Positions 9,558 to 20,991 of a DNA stretch of 64,000 bases are shown here, one piece after another. Under the pieces are notes generated by a model. It made no database searches. It worked only from the letters and a program-made list of their open reading frames with translations, and was not told the DNA's origin. Origin of the DNA: Candidatus Moranbacteria bacterium CG06_land_8_20_14_3_00_40_12 (GTDB lineage: Bacteria > Patescibacteriota > Minisyncoccia > Moranbacterales > UBA2206); the NCBI GenBank assembly GCA_002780175.1, contig PEVT01000048.1:8754-72753 (forward strand), in the 5' to 3' direction. Within the stretch, counting starts at the first letter, position 1. Every line of letters starts with the position of its first letter. Both the position numbers and the translations under genes were made by a program.

Positions 9558-10625
9558 ATGAATCAAAAAGAAAATAAAAAAATAATAATTTTCCAAAGAG
9601 GTTCTGTCGCCGCGTTTGCTCTAATTCTAATGTTTATTTTAGCGGTGGCGACCATCGGAATAATAACCACCGCCTCTTTGGAAAGAAAAAGCTCTATTTC
9701 AACCGGCAGCTCCACGACCGCTTTCCAGGTGGCGGAAAGCGGTATGGAAAAAACCTTGCAATATTTTAAGGATAATTTCGATAAAAAATTAAGCGATGCG
9801 GGTTCTTGCGCGGCAGGAACCGGAATTGTGACTTACGATCCCTATACGACTATAAGATTCAGAAGTAACGACGAAACGTATATTACGGATTGCGAAGAAT
9901 TAATTTCTAACGTAAATATAATAAAATCCATCGGCACGACCAAACAAGAAACACGAGTCATCGAAGAAGTGGTTTTTTTGGCGGCCAGCAAGCTCTTATT
10001 GCATCTGAATGGAAAAAATTTCGACGGTGATTTTGAAGACTCATCTTATTATTACGAAAAAAATGATCCAATAGAAATTAATGGCGATGTGTCAGTGTCA
10101 ACTGACATATTAAGATTTGGCGGAGGCAGCGCCGAATTTGACGGCACGGGATATCTTTCTATTCCCGATAGCGATGATTGGGACTTGGGAACCAAAAATT
10201 TTACCCTTGATTGGTGGGCAAGGCCGGAAAGTCTGACCGCGAATAACACTTACCTGGAAATAGGTTCTTGGCCGGACTCGGTGTTAATCCGCCAGGATAG
10301 CGCGAACACGTTAGGCGTTTACATCATGGGAGGTTCCGGATACACTTATTCATTCGCTCCTTCAATCGGAGACTGGTATCACATTGCCATCGTAAGAAAA
10401 AACGATGACTTAAGAGTTTTTGTTAATGGCGATCAGGTCGGCGCGGATCAGGATATTTCTTCTAAAAACATACAAGTGTCAGATGAAATGCGGGTAGGAT
10501 CTTCCGTATACGCGAGCGGCCAGGTTTTTTATGGCTACATTGACGAATTAAGAATTTCTAAAGGAGTGGCCAGGTGGTGGGACTCTCCTTTTGATTATCC
10601 GACCGCTGAATATTGGCCGGATTAG
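9558..10625 (+). CDS. PilX-like minor pilin with C-terminal LamG/concanavalin-like domain (possible tip adhesin)
   Basis: N-terminus IIFQRGSVAAFALILMFILAVATIGII resembles PilX_N. The C-terminus (WYHIAIVRKNDDLRVFVNGDQVG) resembles a LamG fold. Confidence 0.55.
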   Translation: MNQKENKKIIIFQRGSVAAFALILMFILAVATIGIITTASLERKSSISTGSSTTAFQVAESGMEKTLQYFKDNFDKKLSDAGSCAAGTGIVTYDPYTTIRFRSNDETYITDCEELISNVNIIKSIGTTKQETRVIEEVVFLAASKLLLHLNGKNFDGDFEDSSYYYEKNDPIEINGDVSVSTDILRFGGGSAEFDGTGYLSIPDSDDWDLGTKNFTLDWWARPESLTANNTYLEIGSWPDSVLIRQDSANTLGVYIMGGSGYTYSFAPSIGDWYHIAIVRKNDDLRVFVNGDQVGADQDISSKNIQVSDEMRVGSSVYASGQVFYGYIDELRISKGVARWWDSPFDYPTAEYWPD

Positions 10626-10641
10626 TCGTCTAAAGATATCG

Positions 10642-10670
10642 GCGCTTCTTTTTTAGGAAGCGCTTTTTAT
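10642..10670 (+). terminator. Rho-independent terminator (GCGCTTC-loop-GAAGCGC-TTTTT)
   Basis: 7-bp stem plus T-run, seen directly after the pilus cluster and before ligA. Confidence 0.7.
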
Positions 10671-10685
10671 TTATGTTATAATTGA

Positions 10686-12833
<2,148 letters not shown>

Positions 12834-12837
12834 AAAA

Positions 12838-12946
12838 TAAGAATTTTAAATTTAGTATTTTGAATTTTGAATGGGAATCTGGAATAAAAAAGTTAGAATC
12901 TTGAATTATTCCAAATTCTAAATTCACAATTCTCAATTCTTAAAAT
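12838..12946. repeat. AT-rich ~110-bp palindromic intergenic element, copy A (GAATTTTGAAT...ATTCTAAATTC)
   Basis: About 85% identical to 13229-13339. Imperfect internal inverted symmetry. Sits immediately upstream of the gatC ATG. Confidence 0.7.
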
Positions 12947-13228
12947 ATGATAACCAAAGACGAAGTAAAATATATTGCCAAACTGGCGAGAATCGGAGTT
13001 TCGGAAAAAGAAGTGGAAAAATTTACGCGTGATTTGTCAGCCGTTTTGGATTGGGTGGAAGAATTGAAAAAAGTTGATATTGAAAAAATTTCCGAAATAA
13101 GCCATATTTTTGGGAGGGAAAATTCCTTAAGAGAGGATCGGGTGGAAAAATTCGCGGAAGCGGAAAAAATCATAGAACTTTTTCCGGAAAAAAAAGAACG
13201 GTATGACAAGGTCAAAAGTATTTTTTAA
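12947..13228 (+). CDS. gatC: Asp/Glu-tRNA amidotransferase subunit C
   Basis: 93 aa. N-terminus MITKDEVKYIAKLARIGVSEKEVEKF...LDWVEEL is GatC-like. gatA lies downstream. Confidence 0.8.
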   Translation: MITKDEVKYIAKLARIGVSEKEVEKFTRDLSAVLDWVEELKKVDIEKISEISHIFGRENSLREDRVEKFAEAEKIIELFPEKKERYDKVKSIF

Positions 13229-13339
13229 AGTAAGGATTTTGAATTTAGCATTTTGAATTTTGAATGGAAATCGGAAATAAAAAATTTAAAATCTTAAATT
13301 ATTCTGAATTCCAAATTCGTAATTCTAAATTCTCTAATT
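13229..13339. repeat. AT-rich ~110-bp palindromic intergenic element, copy B
   Basis: Paralog of 12838-12946. Sits immediately upstream of the gatA ATG. Confidence 0.7.
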
Positions 13340-14809
13340 ATGATCAAAGAATTACACGAAAAATTATTGGCGGGGAAAATAACTTCAGAAAAACTGACGC
13401 AAAATTATTTTTCTAAAATCAAAAAGAAAGATGAAAAAATATCAGCCTTTTTAACCCTAACGGAAGACTTAGCGATGGCGCAGGCTAAGAAAACAGATGA
13501 AAAAATAAAAAAAGGCGAAGAGATCGGAATTTTGGAAGGAATTCCCGGCGCAGTTAAGGACGTCATTTGCATGAAAGGCGTCAGAACTACGGCGGCTTCA
13601 AAAATTCTGGATAATTATATCGCTCCTTATGACGCTACGGTTATTCAGAAACTTAAAGCCAGCGGAGCGGTGTTTTTGGGAAAAACAAATTGCGACGAAT
13701 TCGCCATGGGTTCTTCCACGGAAAAAAGCGCTTACGCTATCACCAAAAATCCAGCTGATTTGCAAAGAGTGCCCGGCGGCTCTTCCGGAGGATCGGCCGC
13801 GGCGGTAGCGGGAGATGAAGCTGTTTGGGCGCTGGGATCGGATACGGGGGGTTCCATCCGGCAGCCGGCTTCTTTTTGCGGAGTGGTGGGGCTCAAACCG
13901 ACCTATGGGCGGGTTTCCCGTTACGGATTGCTGTCTATGGCTTCCAGCTTTGATCAAATCGGACCAATCGCTAAAAACATTGAAGACGCGGCCATTATTT
14001 TAAGCGAGATTGCCGGACAAGACAAAAGAGATGCCACATCAGCCAGAAGCGCCGGGAAAAGATATGAAAAATATCTGGAGGGTTCGATTCAAGGACTAAA
14101 AATCGGATTTATTAAAGAGCATTTTGAAAATCTGAATAAGAAAGTAAAAAATTCCATGGAAAATGTTTTAAAGAAATACGCCCGGTTGGGAGCGGAAATC
14201 AAAGAAATTAATTTGCCCCACATTCGGTATTCCCTGCCGGTTTACTATATTGTTATGCCGTGCGAGGTCAGTTCCAATTTGGCCCGGTTTGATGGAATGA
14301 AATACGGAATGAGAATTTTTGATCAGCAAGATTCGGATTTGGAAAAAATAAATCCGGAAGAAAGAAAATTAAGGGAAATCTATCTGGATTCCCGGCGTTA
14401 TGGATTGGGAGAAGAGGTGAAAAAAAGAATAATGCTGGGCACCTACGCTCTTTCTTCTGGTTATTACGAAGCTTATTATCTGCGAGCGCAGAAAGTAAGG
14501 GAGCTGATTAAAAGAGATTTTGAGAAAATTTTCGCTTCTTCTCAAAAGGGAGTGGATTTAATCCTGGCTCCGACTACGCCGACGCCGGCTTTTAAAATCG
14601 GAGAAAAAAATGCCAATCCGATTGAAATGTATTTGGAAGATATTTTTACCGTCACAGCCAATGTTATCGGCATTCCGGCTATTTCTCTTCCAGCCGATCC
14701 TGTTGACTGGGAGGGCAAGAAATTACCCGTCGGTTTTCAACTGATGGGCAAATGGTTTAACGAGGAAGGAATTTTGCGAGCGGCTTACGCTTACGAGAAA
14801 TCAAGCTAA
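13340..14809 (+). CDS. gatA: Glutamyl-tRNA(Gln)/Asp-tRNA(Asn) amidotransferase subunit A
   Basis: Amidase signature GGSSGGSAAAVA and a Ser-cisSer-Lys triad context. 489 aa. Confidence 0.9.
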   Translation: MIKELHEKLLAGKITSEKLTQNYFSKIKKKDEKISAFLTLTEDLAMAQAKKTDEKIKKGEEIGILEGIPGAVKDVICMKGVRTTAASKILDNYIAPYDATVIQKLKASGAVFLGKTNCDEFAMGSSTEKSAYAITKNPADLQRVPGGSSGGSAAAVAGDEAVWALGSDTGGSIRQPASFCGVVGLKPTYGRVSRYGLLSMASSFDQIGPIAKNIEDAAIILSEIAGQDKRDATSARSAGKRYEKYLEGSIQGLKIGFIKEHFENLNKKVKNSMENVLKKYARLGAEIKEINLPHIRYSLPVYYIVMPCEVSSNLARFDGMKYGMRIFDQQDSDLEKINPEERKLREIYLDSRRYGLGEEVKKRIMLGTYALSSGYYEAYYLRAQKVRELIKRDFEKIFASSQKGVDLILAPTTPTPAFKIGEKNANPIEMYLEDIFTVTANVIGIPAISLPADPVDWEGKKLPVGFQLMGKWFNEEGILRAAYAYEKSS

Positions 14810-14830
14810 TTTTTTCAATAAATTAAAATT

Positions 14831-15367
14831 ATGAGCGGGGAATTATTCTTTTCAAAATTTTACGCGATGACAACGGCTTTTTCCGGTACGGCTGTTTTTT
14901 TTGTCATTAAGGTGATGCTGGGAATTTATGCGGCGGTTCTTTTGGCGGACGTGATTTTATTGTTAATTCAAAGAGGAGTAGGAAATGTTTTCAGAGAAGG
15001 ATTTTCTGTCGGCATGAATATTCCTCCGGAACTGACGATTAGAAAGAAAAAAACCAAAGTTCGCTGGGAAAAAATAAAAAAACACCTGGAAAGCCGGGAA
15101 GAAAAAGAATTTAAGATAGCCATTATTGAGGCGGATGAAATGGTTGGCGATTTAATAAAAAGGATGGGTTATCAAGGGGAAAATTTAGGAGAAATTTTGA
15201 AGAATGTCCCGGAAACGCAAATAGAAAACATTGTTCAGGTAAAAAAAGCGCATGAAACAAAAAATCGGATAATTCACGATGAGCGTTTTTCGGTCAGTCT
15301 GGAATTAGCCAAAGAAACATTAGGCTATTACGAAAAATTTTTGGATGAATTTGAAGTTTTTGATTGA
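14831..15367 (+). CDS. Hypothetical membrane protein
   Basis: An ORF with an N-terminal TM helix and a charged C-terminal domain. No recognisable family. Confidence 0.4.
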   Translation: MSGELFFSKFYAMTTAFSGTAVFFVIKVMLGIYAAVLLADVILLLIQRGVGNVFREGFSVGMNIPPELTIRKKKTKVRWEKIKKHLESREEKEFKIAIIEADEMVGDLIKRMGYQGENLGEILKNVPETQIENIVQVKKAHETKNRIIHDERFSVSLELAKETLGYYEKFLDEFEVFD

Positions 15368-15416
15368 CAGGCTCGGGTTATTTGGGGTACAATAAAAGCT
15401 GATTTTTTGTTTTTTT

Positions 15417-15491
15417 AGCGGGGTAGAGTAATGGCAGCTCGTCTGGCTCATAACCAGGAGGTTGCAGGTTCGAATCCTGCCCCCGCAACCA
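15417..15491 (+). tRNA. tRNA-Met (CAU), initiator-like (fMet)
   Basis: A near-copy of E. coli tRNA-fMet: ...CTGGCTCATAACCAGG... T-arm GGTTCGAATCC. It ends CCCCCGCAACCA with an unpaired 1:72 position and an encoded CCA. Confidence 0.75.
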
Positions 15492-15620
15492 AGCTAAGCT
15501 TGGTTTAGGCCAGCTAAGCTGGCCAACCAAGAAACCAGGATTATTTTAGGTCAGCTAAGCTGGCCAACCAAGAAACTAAGATTATTTTAGGCCAGCTAAG
15601 CTGGCCAACCAAGAAATAAA
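15481..15620 (+). repeat. Tandem array of four hairpins (CCAAGCTAAGCTTGG, then 3x GGCCAGCTAAGCTGGCC at a 41-bp period)
   Basis: Seen directly. Three ~41-bp units (GGCCAGCTAAGCTGGCCAACCAAGAAAyyAgGATTATTTTAG). Sits between the tRNA and the GIY-YIG gene. No unique spacers. Confidence 0.6.
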
Positions 15621-15621
15621 T

Positions 15622-15894
15622 ATGTATTATGTTTATATACTGTTTAGTGAAAAAGATAAACAATTGTATATTGGCTATGCAGATGATTTAAAAGCTAGAT
15701 TTGAAAAACATAGCAAAGGATTTGTTCGCGCAACTAAATTTAGACTACCGCTGAAATTGATTTATTATGAAGCATATATAAAACAATCCGACGCTAAGCG
15801 TCGGGAAAAGTTTTTAAAAGGCGGAAAAGGTAGGGGTCAATTGAAGATTCAATTAAAAGATATTTTAGAGAAAGTGTGCTATAAAAACTTGTAA
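15622..15894 (+). CDS. Small GIY-YIG nuclease-domain protein (UPF0213/YhbQ-like)
   Basis: YYVYILFSEKDKQLYIGYADDLKARFEKH carries the GIY...YIG motifs. 90 aa. Confidence 0.75.
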   Translation: MYYVYILFSEKDKQLYIGYADDLKARFEKHSKGFVRATKFRLPLKLIYYEAYIKQSDAKRREKFLKGGKGRGQLKIQLKDILEKVCYKNL

Positions 15895-15988
15895 CGCCAA
15901 AATAGCTCAGATGGTTATCTAGCCTCGACTCGCGGAGGCGCTCGTTGACGCGAGGCAGGGAGCACGGGATTCACCCCCTCACCAAAAT

Positions 15989-16062
15989 GCCGGCGTAGCT
16001 CAGTTGGTTAGAGCGATGGACTCATAAGCCATAGGTCAGAGGTTCAAATCCTCTCGCCGGTA
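15989..16062 (+). tRNA. tRNA with CAU anticodon (elongator Met or lysidine-modified Ile2)
   Basis: GCCGGCGTAGCTCAGTTGGTTAGAGCG...CTCATAA...GGTTCAAATCC...CGCCGGTA cloverleaf. CCA is not encoded. Confidence 0.7.
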
Positions 16063-16241
16063 CGGCATTTTAGTGGAGGGGCGAGTAAGTCCGCCGACTG
16101 GCGGATCGAGAATTTTTCCCCCGTAGCGAACCGATTCTGCTACTGGGGTGAATTTCTCTCCTGGTACGAAAAAAATTAAAAATTAAAAAATCAAAATGTA
16201 AAATTTTTATTTTTGATTTTTACATTTTTCATTAATATATT

Positions 16242-16318
16242 GGACCGGTAGCTCAGTTGGTTAGAGCGTCTCCCTGTCACGGAGAAGGTCGCGAGTTCGA
16301 GTCTCGTCCGGTCCGCCT
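16242..16318 (+). tRNA. tRNA-Asp (GUC)
   Basis: GGACCGGTAGCTCAGTTGGTTAGAGC...TCTCC-CTGTCAC-GGAGA...GCGAGTTCGAGTCTCGT-CCGGTCC-G. The anticodon loop reads GTC. Confidence 0.8.
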
Positions 16319-16464
16319 TCGAATAAAAGCAATCTCTTTGGGGGTTGTTTTTTTCTTGAATAAACTCGGGCTTAATGATAATATGGAAATAGATAAAAAC
16401 GCCTGAAAACGAAGATTTTTGAAGTTTTGATGGAATTACGTAATTAAGTATGTAATAAAAATTT

Positions 16465-16641
16465 ATGGCAAAACGCCCACAAAATGAAAATAGTATTCGA
16501 AAATTAACGAAATTGGGTAAAAAAAGTCTTTGTGTCACAATTCCGATTGAGATCATCCGCGAATTCGGCTGGAGGGAACGGCAGAAGCTTGTTGTCAAAA
16601 AATTCGGAAAGAAAATTATTATTGAAGATTGGAAAAAATAA
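16465..16641 (+). CDS. Small AbrB/MazE-fold (SpoVT/AbrB-type) DNA-binding protein. Missing from the ORF track (58 aa)
   Basis: MAKRPQNENSIRKLTKLGKKSLCVTIPIEIIREFGWRERQKLVVKKFGKKIIIEDWKK. The 'SLCVTIPIEI...' stretch is a swapped-hairpin motif. It lies 15 nt upstream of hsdM. Its start codon sits inside the direct repeat that flanks the R-M island. Confidence 0.55.
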   Translation: MAKRPQNENSIRKLTKLGKKSLCVTIPIEIIREFGWRERQKLVVKKFGKKIIIEDWKK

Positions 16642-16656
16642 ATAATTTTTATAATT

Positions 16657-18195
16657 ATGGCCAATAATAAAATGGAGGGTTTTGAGAAAACTCTTTTCAA
16701 AGCGGCGGATAAATTGCGGAAAAATATTGACGCGGCGGAATATAAACATGTGGCTCTGGGCTTGATATTTCTGAAATATATTTCTGATTCTTTTGAGGAA
16801 GTTTATCTAAAATTAAAAGAGGGCAAGGGCGAGTATGAAGGCGCCGATCCGGAAGATAGTGATGAATATGCGGCCGCGCATGTTTTTTATGTTCCACTAA
16901 AAGCGCGCTGGTCATATTTATATTCCCGAGCCAAGCTGCCATCGATTGGAAATGATCTGGATGAAGCGATGGATGCGATTGAAAAAGATAATCCGCCGCT
17001 TAAAGGAATTTTGCCAAAAGCCTATGCGAAACCGAATTTAGACAAGGCGTCTTTGGGCGGGCTGATTGATCTCATTGGAAATATTGCCCTCGGAGATGAG
17101 GCGGCAAAATCCAAAGATCTGCTTGGTCATGTTTATGAGTATTTTCTGGGCGAATTTGCTAATGCCGAGGGCAAAAAGGGCGGACAATTTTATACGCCGA
17201 AATCAATCGTGAAAATTATGGTTGAAATGATTGAACCCTACAAAGGTCGAGTCTATGATCCGGCTTGCGGGTCTGGCGGAATGTTCGTGATGAGTGAAAA
17301 ATTCGTGAAAGAACACAAGGGAAGAATCGATGACATTTCCATTTATGGACAGGAATCCAATCAAACTACATACAGACTTTGCAGAATGAACTTGGCGATT
17401 CGCGGTATTGATAGTTCTCAAGTGGCATGGAATACGGAGGGATCATTTCTAAATGACGCGCATAAAGATTTGAGAGCGGATTATATTCTCGCCAACCCTC
17501 CTTTTAATGATAGTGATTGGTCGGGTGACCAATTGCGCGGAGACGCGCGCTGGAAATACGGCGTGCCGCCGACCGGTAATGCTAATTTTGCCTGGATGCA
17601 GCATATGATCCACCATCTTTCGCCCAAAGGAATTATGGCCTTGGTTTTAGCCAATGGTTCGCTTTCGTCCAACACTTCCAATGAAGGAGAAATCAGAAAA
17701 AACATCATTGAAAACGATTTGGTGGATTGTATTGTCGCGCTTCCCAAACAGCTTTTCTATAATACGGGCATCCCGGCGTGCCTTTGGTTTCTTTCCCGCA
17801 AACGATCGGGCAACGGCGATCGAAAACGAACCGGCGAAATTCTTTTTATTGATGCCAGTGAAATGGGATATTTGTCAGACCGAACACACCGAATGTTTAC
17901 GGATAATGATGTCAAAAAAATTGCCGATACTTATCACGAATGGAGAAGTAAAGAAAGCAAATATAAAAATATCAAAGGATTTTGCAATTCAGCCACGGTA
18001 AAAGATATTGAAAAACATAATTTTGTCCTCACACCCGGCCGTTATGTTGGCATTCCGGATGAAATCGATGACGGAATTCCTTTTGAGAAAAAGATGGGAA
18101 AATTGAATGAAGAATTGAAAGGGCAGATGGAAAAAGGGAAAAAGTTGAATGATGAAATAAAAAAACAGCTTTCAAAAATTGGATATGGACTCTAA
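16657..18195 (+). CDS. hsdM: Type I restriction-modification system, N6-adenine DNA methyltransferase subunit HsdM
   Basis: HsdM N-terminal domain, AdoMet motif ([10 protein letters not shown]) and catalytic NPPF ([13 protein letters not shown]). Confidence 0.9.
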   Translation: MANNKMEGFEKTLFKAADKLRKNIDAAEYKHVALGLIFLKYISDSFEEVYLKLKEGKGEYEGADPEDSDEYAAAHVFYVPLKARWSYLYSRAKLPSIGNDLDEAMDAIEKDNPPLKGILPKAYAKPNLDKASLGGLIDLIGNIALGDEAAKSKDLLGHVYEYFLGEFANAEGKKGGQFYTPKSIVKIMVEMIEPYKGRVYDPACGSGGMFVMSEKFVKEHKGRIDDISIYGQESNQTTYRLCRMNLAIRGIDSSQVAWNTEGSFLNDAHKDLRADYILANPPFNDSDWSGDQLRGDARWKYGVPPTGNANFAWMQHMIHHLSPKGIMALVLANGSLSSNTSNEGEIRKNIIENDLVDCIVALPKQLFYNTGIPACLWFLSRKRSGNGDRKRTGEILFIDASEMGYLSDRTHRMFTDNDVKKIADTYHEWRSKESKYKNIKGFCNSATVKDIEKHNFVLTPGRYVGIPDEIDDGIPFEKKMGKLNEELKGQMEKGKKLNDEIKKQLSKIGYGL

Positions 18196-19150
18196 TGTTT
18201 TAATAATATTTGATACAAATAGGATTAGGAAAACCTCTAAGGGGGAGGCCGACTACTCGGATTTTAGTTTGGGCGGTGATTATCCTGAACTTTTAAAATT
18301 TGTAAAATTAAATAATTTAGAGAAATTTATTGATTTGGCAATACCTGAAATAGTTATTGATGAGCTGGAAATGCAATCTAAAAAATCATATTTTAACGAT
18401 CTAGAGGCATTGGAAAATATGAAAACAAGACTTGCTCCCATAATGGGAATTTTTACTAAGGGGAGGATGGCCTTTGATCCCGACAATCATATTCGGAAAA
18501 ACATAGAAAAATATTTGGCAGATAAAGGGAATGTGAAAATTTTAAAAATGAAAAAAGTTGATGATATTTTGGATCATCTAAAGAAGAAGGCTTTTTTGGT
18601 AAAAAAACCTTTTAAAAACAATGGCAATGGAGGTTTTAAAGATGCAATTTTATGGGAAAATATTTTACATTCAGACATATTTTCAAAATATGAAACAATT
18701 TATTTTTTTACAGAGAATGCTAATGATTTTGAGGGTTGCGGAACTGAATTTTTTAAAAAACATGGTAAAGATTTTAAAATTGTGGTGAATTATCCTCAAC
18801 TGGAAACGTTGCTTGAAGAAAAGTATATTGATTTGATTGAAAATATATCAATTTTTAAATTTATTAAGGACGATTATTTTAAGGACTATGTGGAAAAAAG
18901 CACGAAAGATCAGCGATTGAATGAAATAAATTCTGGCAATTTTGAGGATTATAAAATAACAGATGTAGAAATTAAAGATATTTGTCATGATTTTGAAAAA
19001 ATTGACAAGCTCAGGGAAGAGGAAATGGATCTTTATAAAATAATTTCGCTAGTGAAAATAACCTTAGATAATGGTCAAAAAAAGGAAATATTAGCAACTA
19101 CAACAATAGATGAAGATAGGCAGTTTATAGATTTTGAAATTGAACAATAA
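18179..19150 (+). CDS. PIN-like domain protein (DUF4935-like) embedded between hsdM and hsdS
   Basis: N-terminus [12 protein letters not shown] matches the 'xxhhhDTNhh' opening of PIN-like/DUF4935 domains. Acidic residues appear further along ([15 protein letters not shown]). The gene overlaps the hsdM stop by 17 nt and ends 3 nt before hsdS. Confidence 0.5.
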   Translation: MDMDSNVLIIFDTNRIRKTSKGEADYSDFSLGGDYPELLKFVKLNNLEKFIDLAIPEIVIDELEMQSKKSYFNDLEALENMKTRLAPIMGIFTKGRMAFDPDNHIRKNIEKYLADKGNVKILKMKKVDDILDHLKKKAFLVKKPFKNNGNGGFKDAILWENILHSDIFSKYETIYFFTENANDFEGCGTEFFKKHGKDFKIVVNYPQLETLLEEKYIDLIENISIFKFIKDDYFKDYVEKSTKDQRLNEINSGNFEDYKITDVEIKDICHDFEKIDKLREEEMDLYKIISLVKITLDNGQKKEILATTTIDEDRQFIDFEIEQ

Positions 19151-19153
19151 TTT

Positions 19154-20356
19154 ATGAATAATTGGAAAGGAACAACTTTAGGAGAAATTTGCAAGATATT
19201 AAGTGGAAGTACGCCATCAACAAAAGACACTGGTTTCTGGGATGGAAATATATCTTGGATTACGCCGAAAGATTTATCGGGATATGATAATGTTTTTATA
19301 GAAAGAGGGGAAAGAAATATAACAGACAAGGGTTTAAAAAATTCTTCGGCACAATTATTGCCAGTAAATACAGTTTTATTTTCATCGCGAGCGCCAATTG
19401 GCTATATTGCAATAGCAAAAAGAGAATTAACTACAAATCAGGGTTTTAAAAATATTATTTGCGATGAAAAGAAAACACATTTTAAGTTTATTTATTATTG
19501 GTTAAAAAATAGAAGCGATTATATTGAAAAACTCTCTTCCGGGTCAACCTTTAGTGAAGCTTCAGCGACTTTAATGAGAAGCTTGGAAATAAATCTACCA
19601 TCTATTGAGGAACAAAAACAAATTGCAGCGATGCTGTCGAGTTTGGATGATAAGATTGAGCTTTTGCGAAAGCAGAATGAAACACTGGAAAAAATTGCGC
19701 AGGGTGTTTTCAAGGAATGGTTCGTAAATTTTAAAATTGATGGCAAAAAATTAAAACTAAAAAATGGCATTCCGGAGGAGTGGAAAGTTGGAAAAATTTA
19801 TGAAACAGGAAAAGTTGTTTGTGGAAAGACACCATCAAAAGAAAATACTGATTATTTTGGCGGAAAAATACCATTTATAAAAATTCCAGATATGCATGGT
19901 CAAATGTTTCTTTTGAAGACTATCGATAAACTTTCAAAAAATGGTGCTGATTCTCAAAAAACAAAAACTATTCCAAAAAATTCAATCTGTGTGAGTTGTA
20001 TTGCGACGGTTGGATTAGTTTCAATAACAACTGAAGATTCGCAAACCAATCAACAGATCAACTCGGTAGTTCCAAATGATGAATATTTACTTGAATATTT
20101 ATATTTTTCTTTAAAATCCATCAGTGGATTTTTAAATTCTATAGGTTCGAGTGGCACAACAACGGCAAATGTAAATACCGGAACTTTTATGAATTTGGAA
20201 ATTTTAATTCCAGCAGAAGAACATTTATTGTTATTTCATAAAAATACCGTGGCAATGTTTTCTAAAATAAAAGATAATAATTTTCAAATCCAAACCCTCT
20301 CTCGCTTGCGCGACACGCTGTTGCCGAAGTTGATGAGCGGGGAAATAACAATATGA
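19154..20356 (+). CDS. hsdS: Type I R-M specificity subunit HsdS
   Basis: Two target-recognition domains. They are separated and followed by the conserved coiled-coil repeats (LPSIEEQKQIAAMLSSLDDKIELLRKQNETLEKIAQGVFKEWF; LSRLRDTLLPKLMSGEI). Confidence 0.85.
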   Translation: MNNWKGTTLGEICKILSGSTPSTKDTGFWDGNISWITPKDLSGYDNVFIERGERNITDKGLKNSSAQLLPVNTVLFSSRAPIGYIAIAKRELTTNQGFKNIICDEKKTHFKFIYYWLKNRSDYIEKLSSGSTFSEASATLMRSLEINLPSIEEQKQIAAMLSSLDDKIELLRKQNETLEKIAQGVFKEWFVNFKIDGKKLKLKNGIPEEWKVGKIYETGKVVCGKTPSKENTDYFGGKIPFIKIPDMHGQMFLLKTIDKLSKNGADSQKTKTIPKNSICVSCIATVGLVSITTEDSQTNQQINSVVPNDEYLLEYLYFSLKSISGFLNSIGSSGTTTANVNTGTFMNLEILIPAEEHLLLFHKNTVAMFSKIKDNNFQIQTLSRLRDTLLPKLMSGEITI

Positions 20357-20982
20357 GTAATTTAGAATTTATAAAACAGACAAAAATGAAACTCTTTGGA
20401 TATGCTATAGGTGATATTATTAGAGCAACAAGGGGAAACTCTCTAATGGGATCATTTGTTCAATGTTTTTGTTTTGTGGGGTATATAGCAGAAATTGCTC
20501 GTATAATAAAGCCCGGAGAGATGGCAGGTGATAAAATTTGTTATAAAAACTTTATTGAAAAGTATTTATCGCAATATGATAGTGGAAAAGTGTATGCAAT
20601 TAGGTGCGGACTGGTTCACACTTATGGTTATGCCAATTCAATGAATGAGGCGAAGATTACGGGGTATTCTTTTCAGCATAAAAACCCAGAAAACCATAGA
20701 AGATATGAAAATAACGTGTATCATTTAAATTTGAGTAATTTTATTTTTGATATCATAAAGGCAACATATGATTTTTTTAAAGAATTGGAAAGTAAAAGTG
20801 AAGAGGATCTATTTGATTATAGACAAAGAATTAAAGCAACTCTAACAGTGAATACTGAAACGGGGCCGAGAATTTCCATGAACTATGCGGGAGTAGATAG
20901 CATTTTATCTGTTATGGACTCTAGCAATATAGAATGGAAAATGTTAGAAGATAATATTTATCAACTTTGCTTAAAGGCATAA
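20353..20982 (+). CDS. Hypothetical 209-aa protein embedded between hsdS and hsdR
   Basis: ORF with good coding bias. The ATGA start overlaps the hsdS stop. It ends 9 nt before hsdR. No recognisable domain. Confidence 0.4.
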   Translation: MSNLEFIKQTKMKLFGYAIGDIIRATRGNSLMGSFVQCFCFVGYIAEIARIIKPGEMAGDKICYKNFIEKYLSQYDSGKVYAIRCGLVHTYGYANSMNEAKITGYSFQHKNPENHRRYENNVYHLNLSNFIFDIIKATYDFFKELESKSEEDLFDYRQRIKATLTVNTETGPRISMNYAGVDSILSVMDSSNIEWKMLEDNIYQLCLKA

Positions 20983-20991
20983 TATTTTTTT

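Noticed and set aside
15496-15620. Possible CRISPR array (regularly spaced 17-bp palindromic repeats, 41-bp period)
   Set aside because: The intervening 'spacers' are themselves near-identical (CCAACCAAGAAAnnAnGATTATTTTAG), so the array holds no unique spacers. There are only three units. No cas genes lie nearby. It is a tandem hairpin repeat, not CRISPR.
15896-15988. A third tRNA gene between the GIY-YIG gene and the CAU tRNA (TAGCTCAGATGGTTA D-arm-like motif, ...CCCCCTCACCA 3' end)
   Set aside because: I could not close a cloverleaf by hand. There is no matching acceptor stem, no T-loop consensus and no consistent anticodon arm. It is treated as a tRNA 5'-half remnant plus hairpins and left for tRNAscan.
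16191-16700. 169-aa minus-strand ORF
   Set aside because: It spans tRNA-Asp and the AbrB-like gene on the opposite strand. It has AT-rich low-complexity translation. It is spurious.
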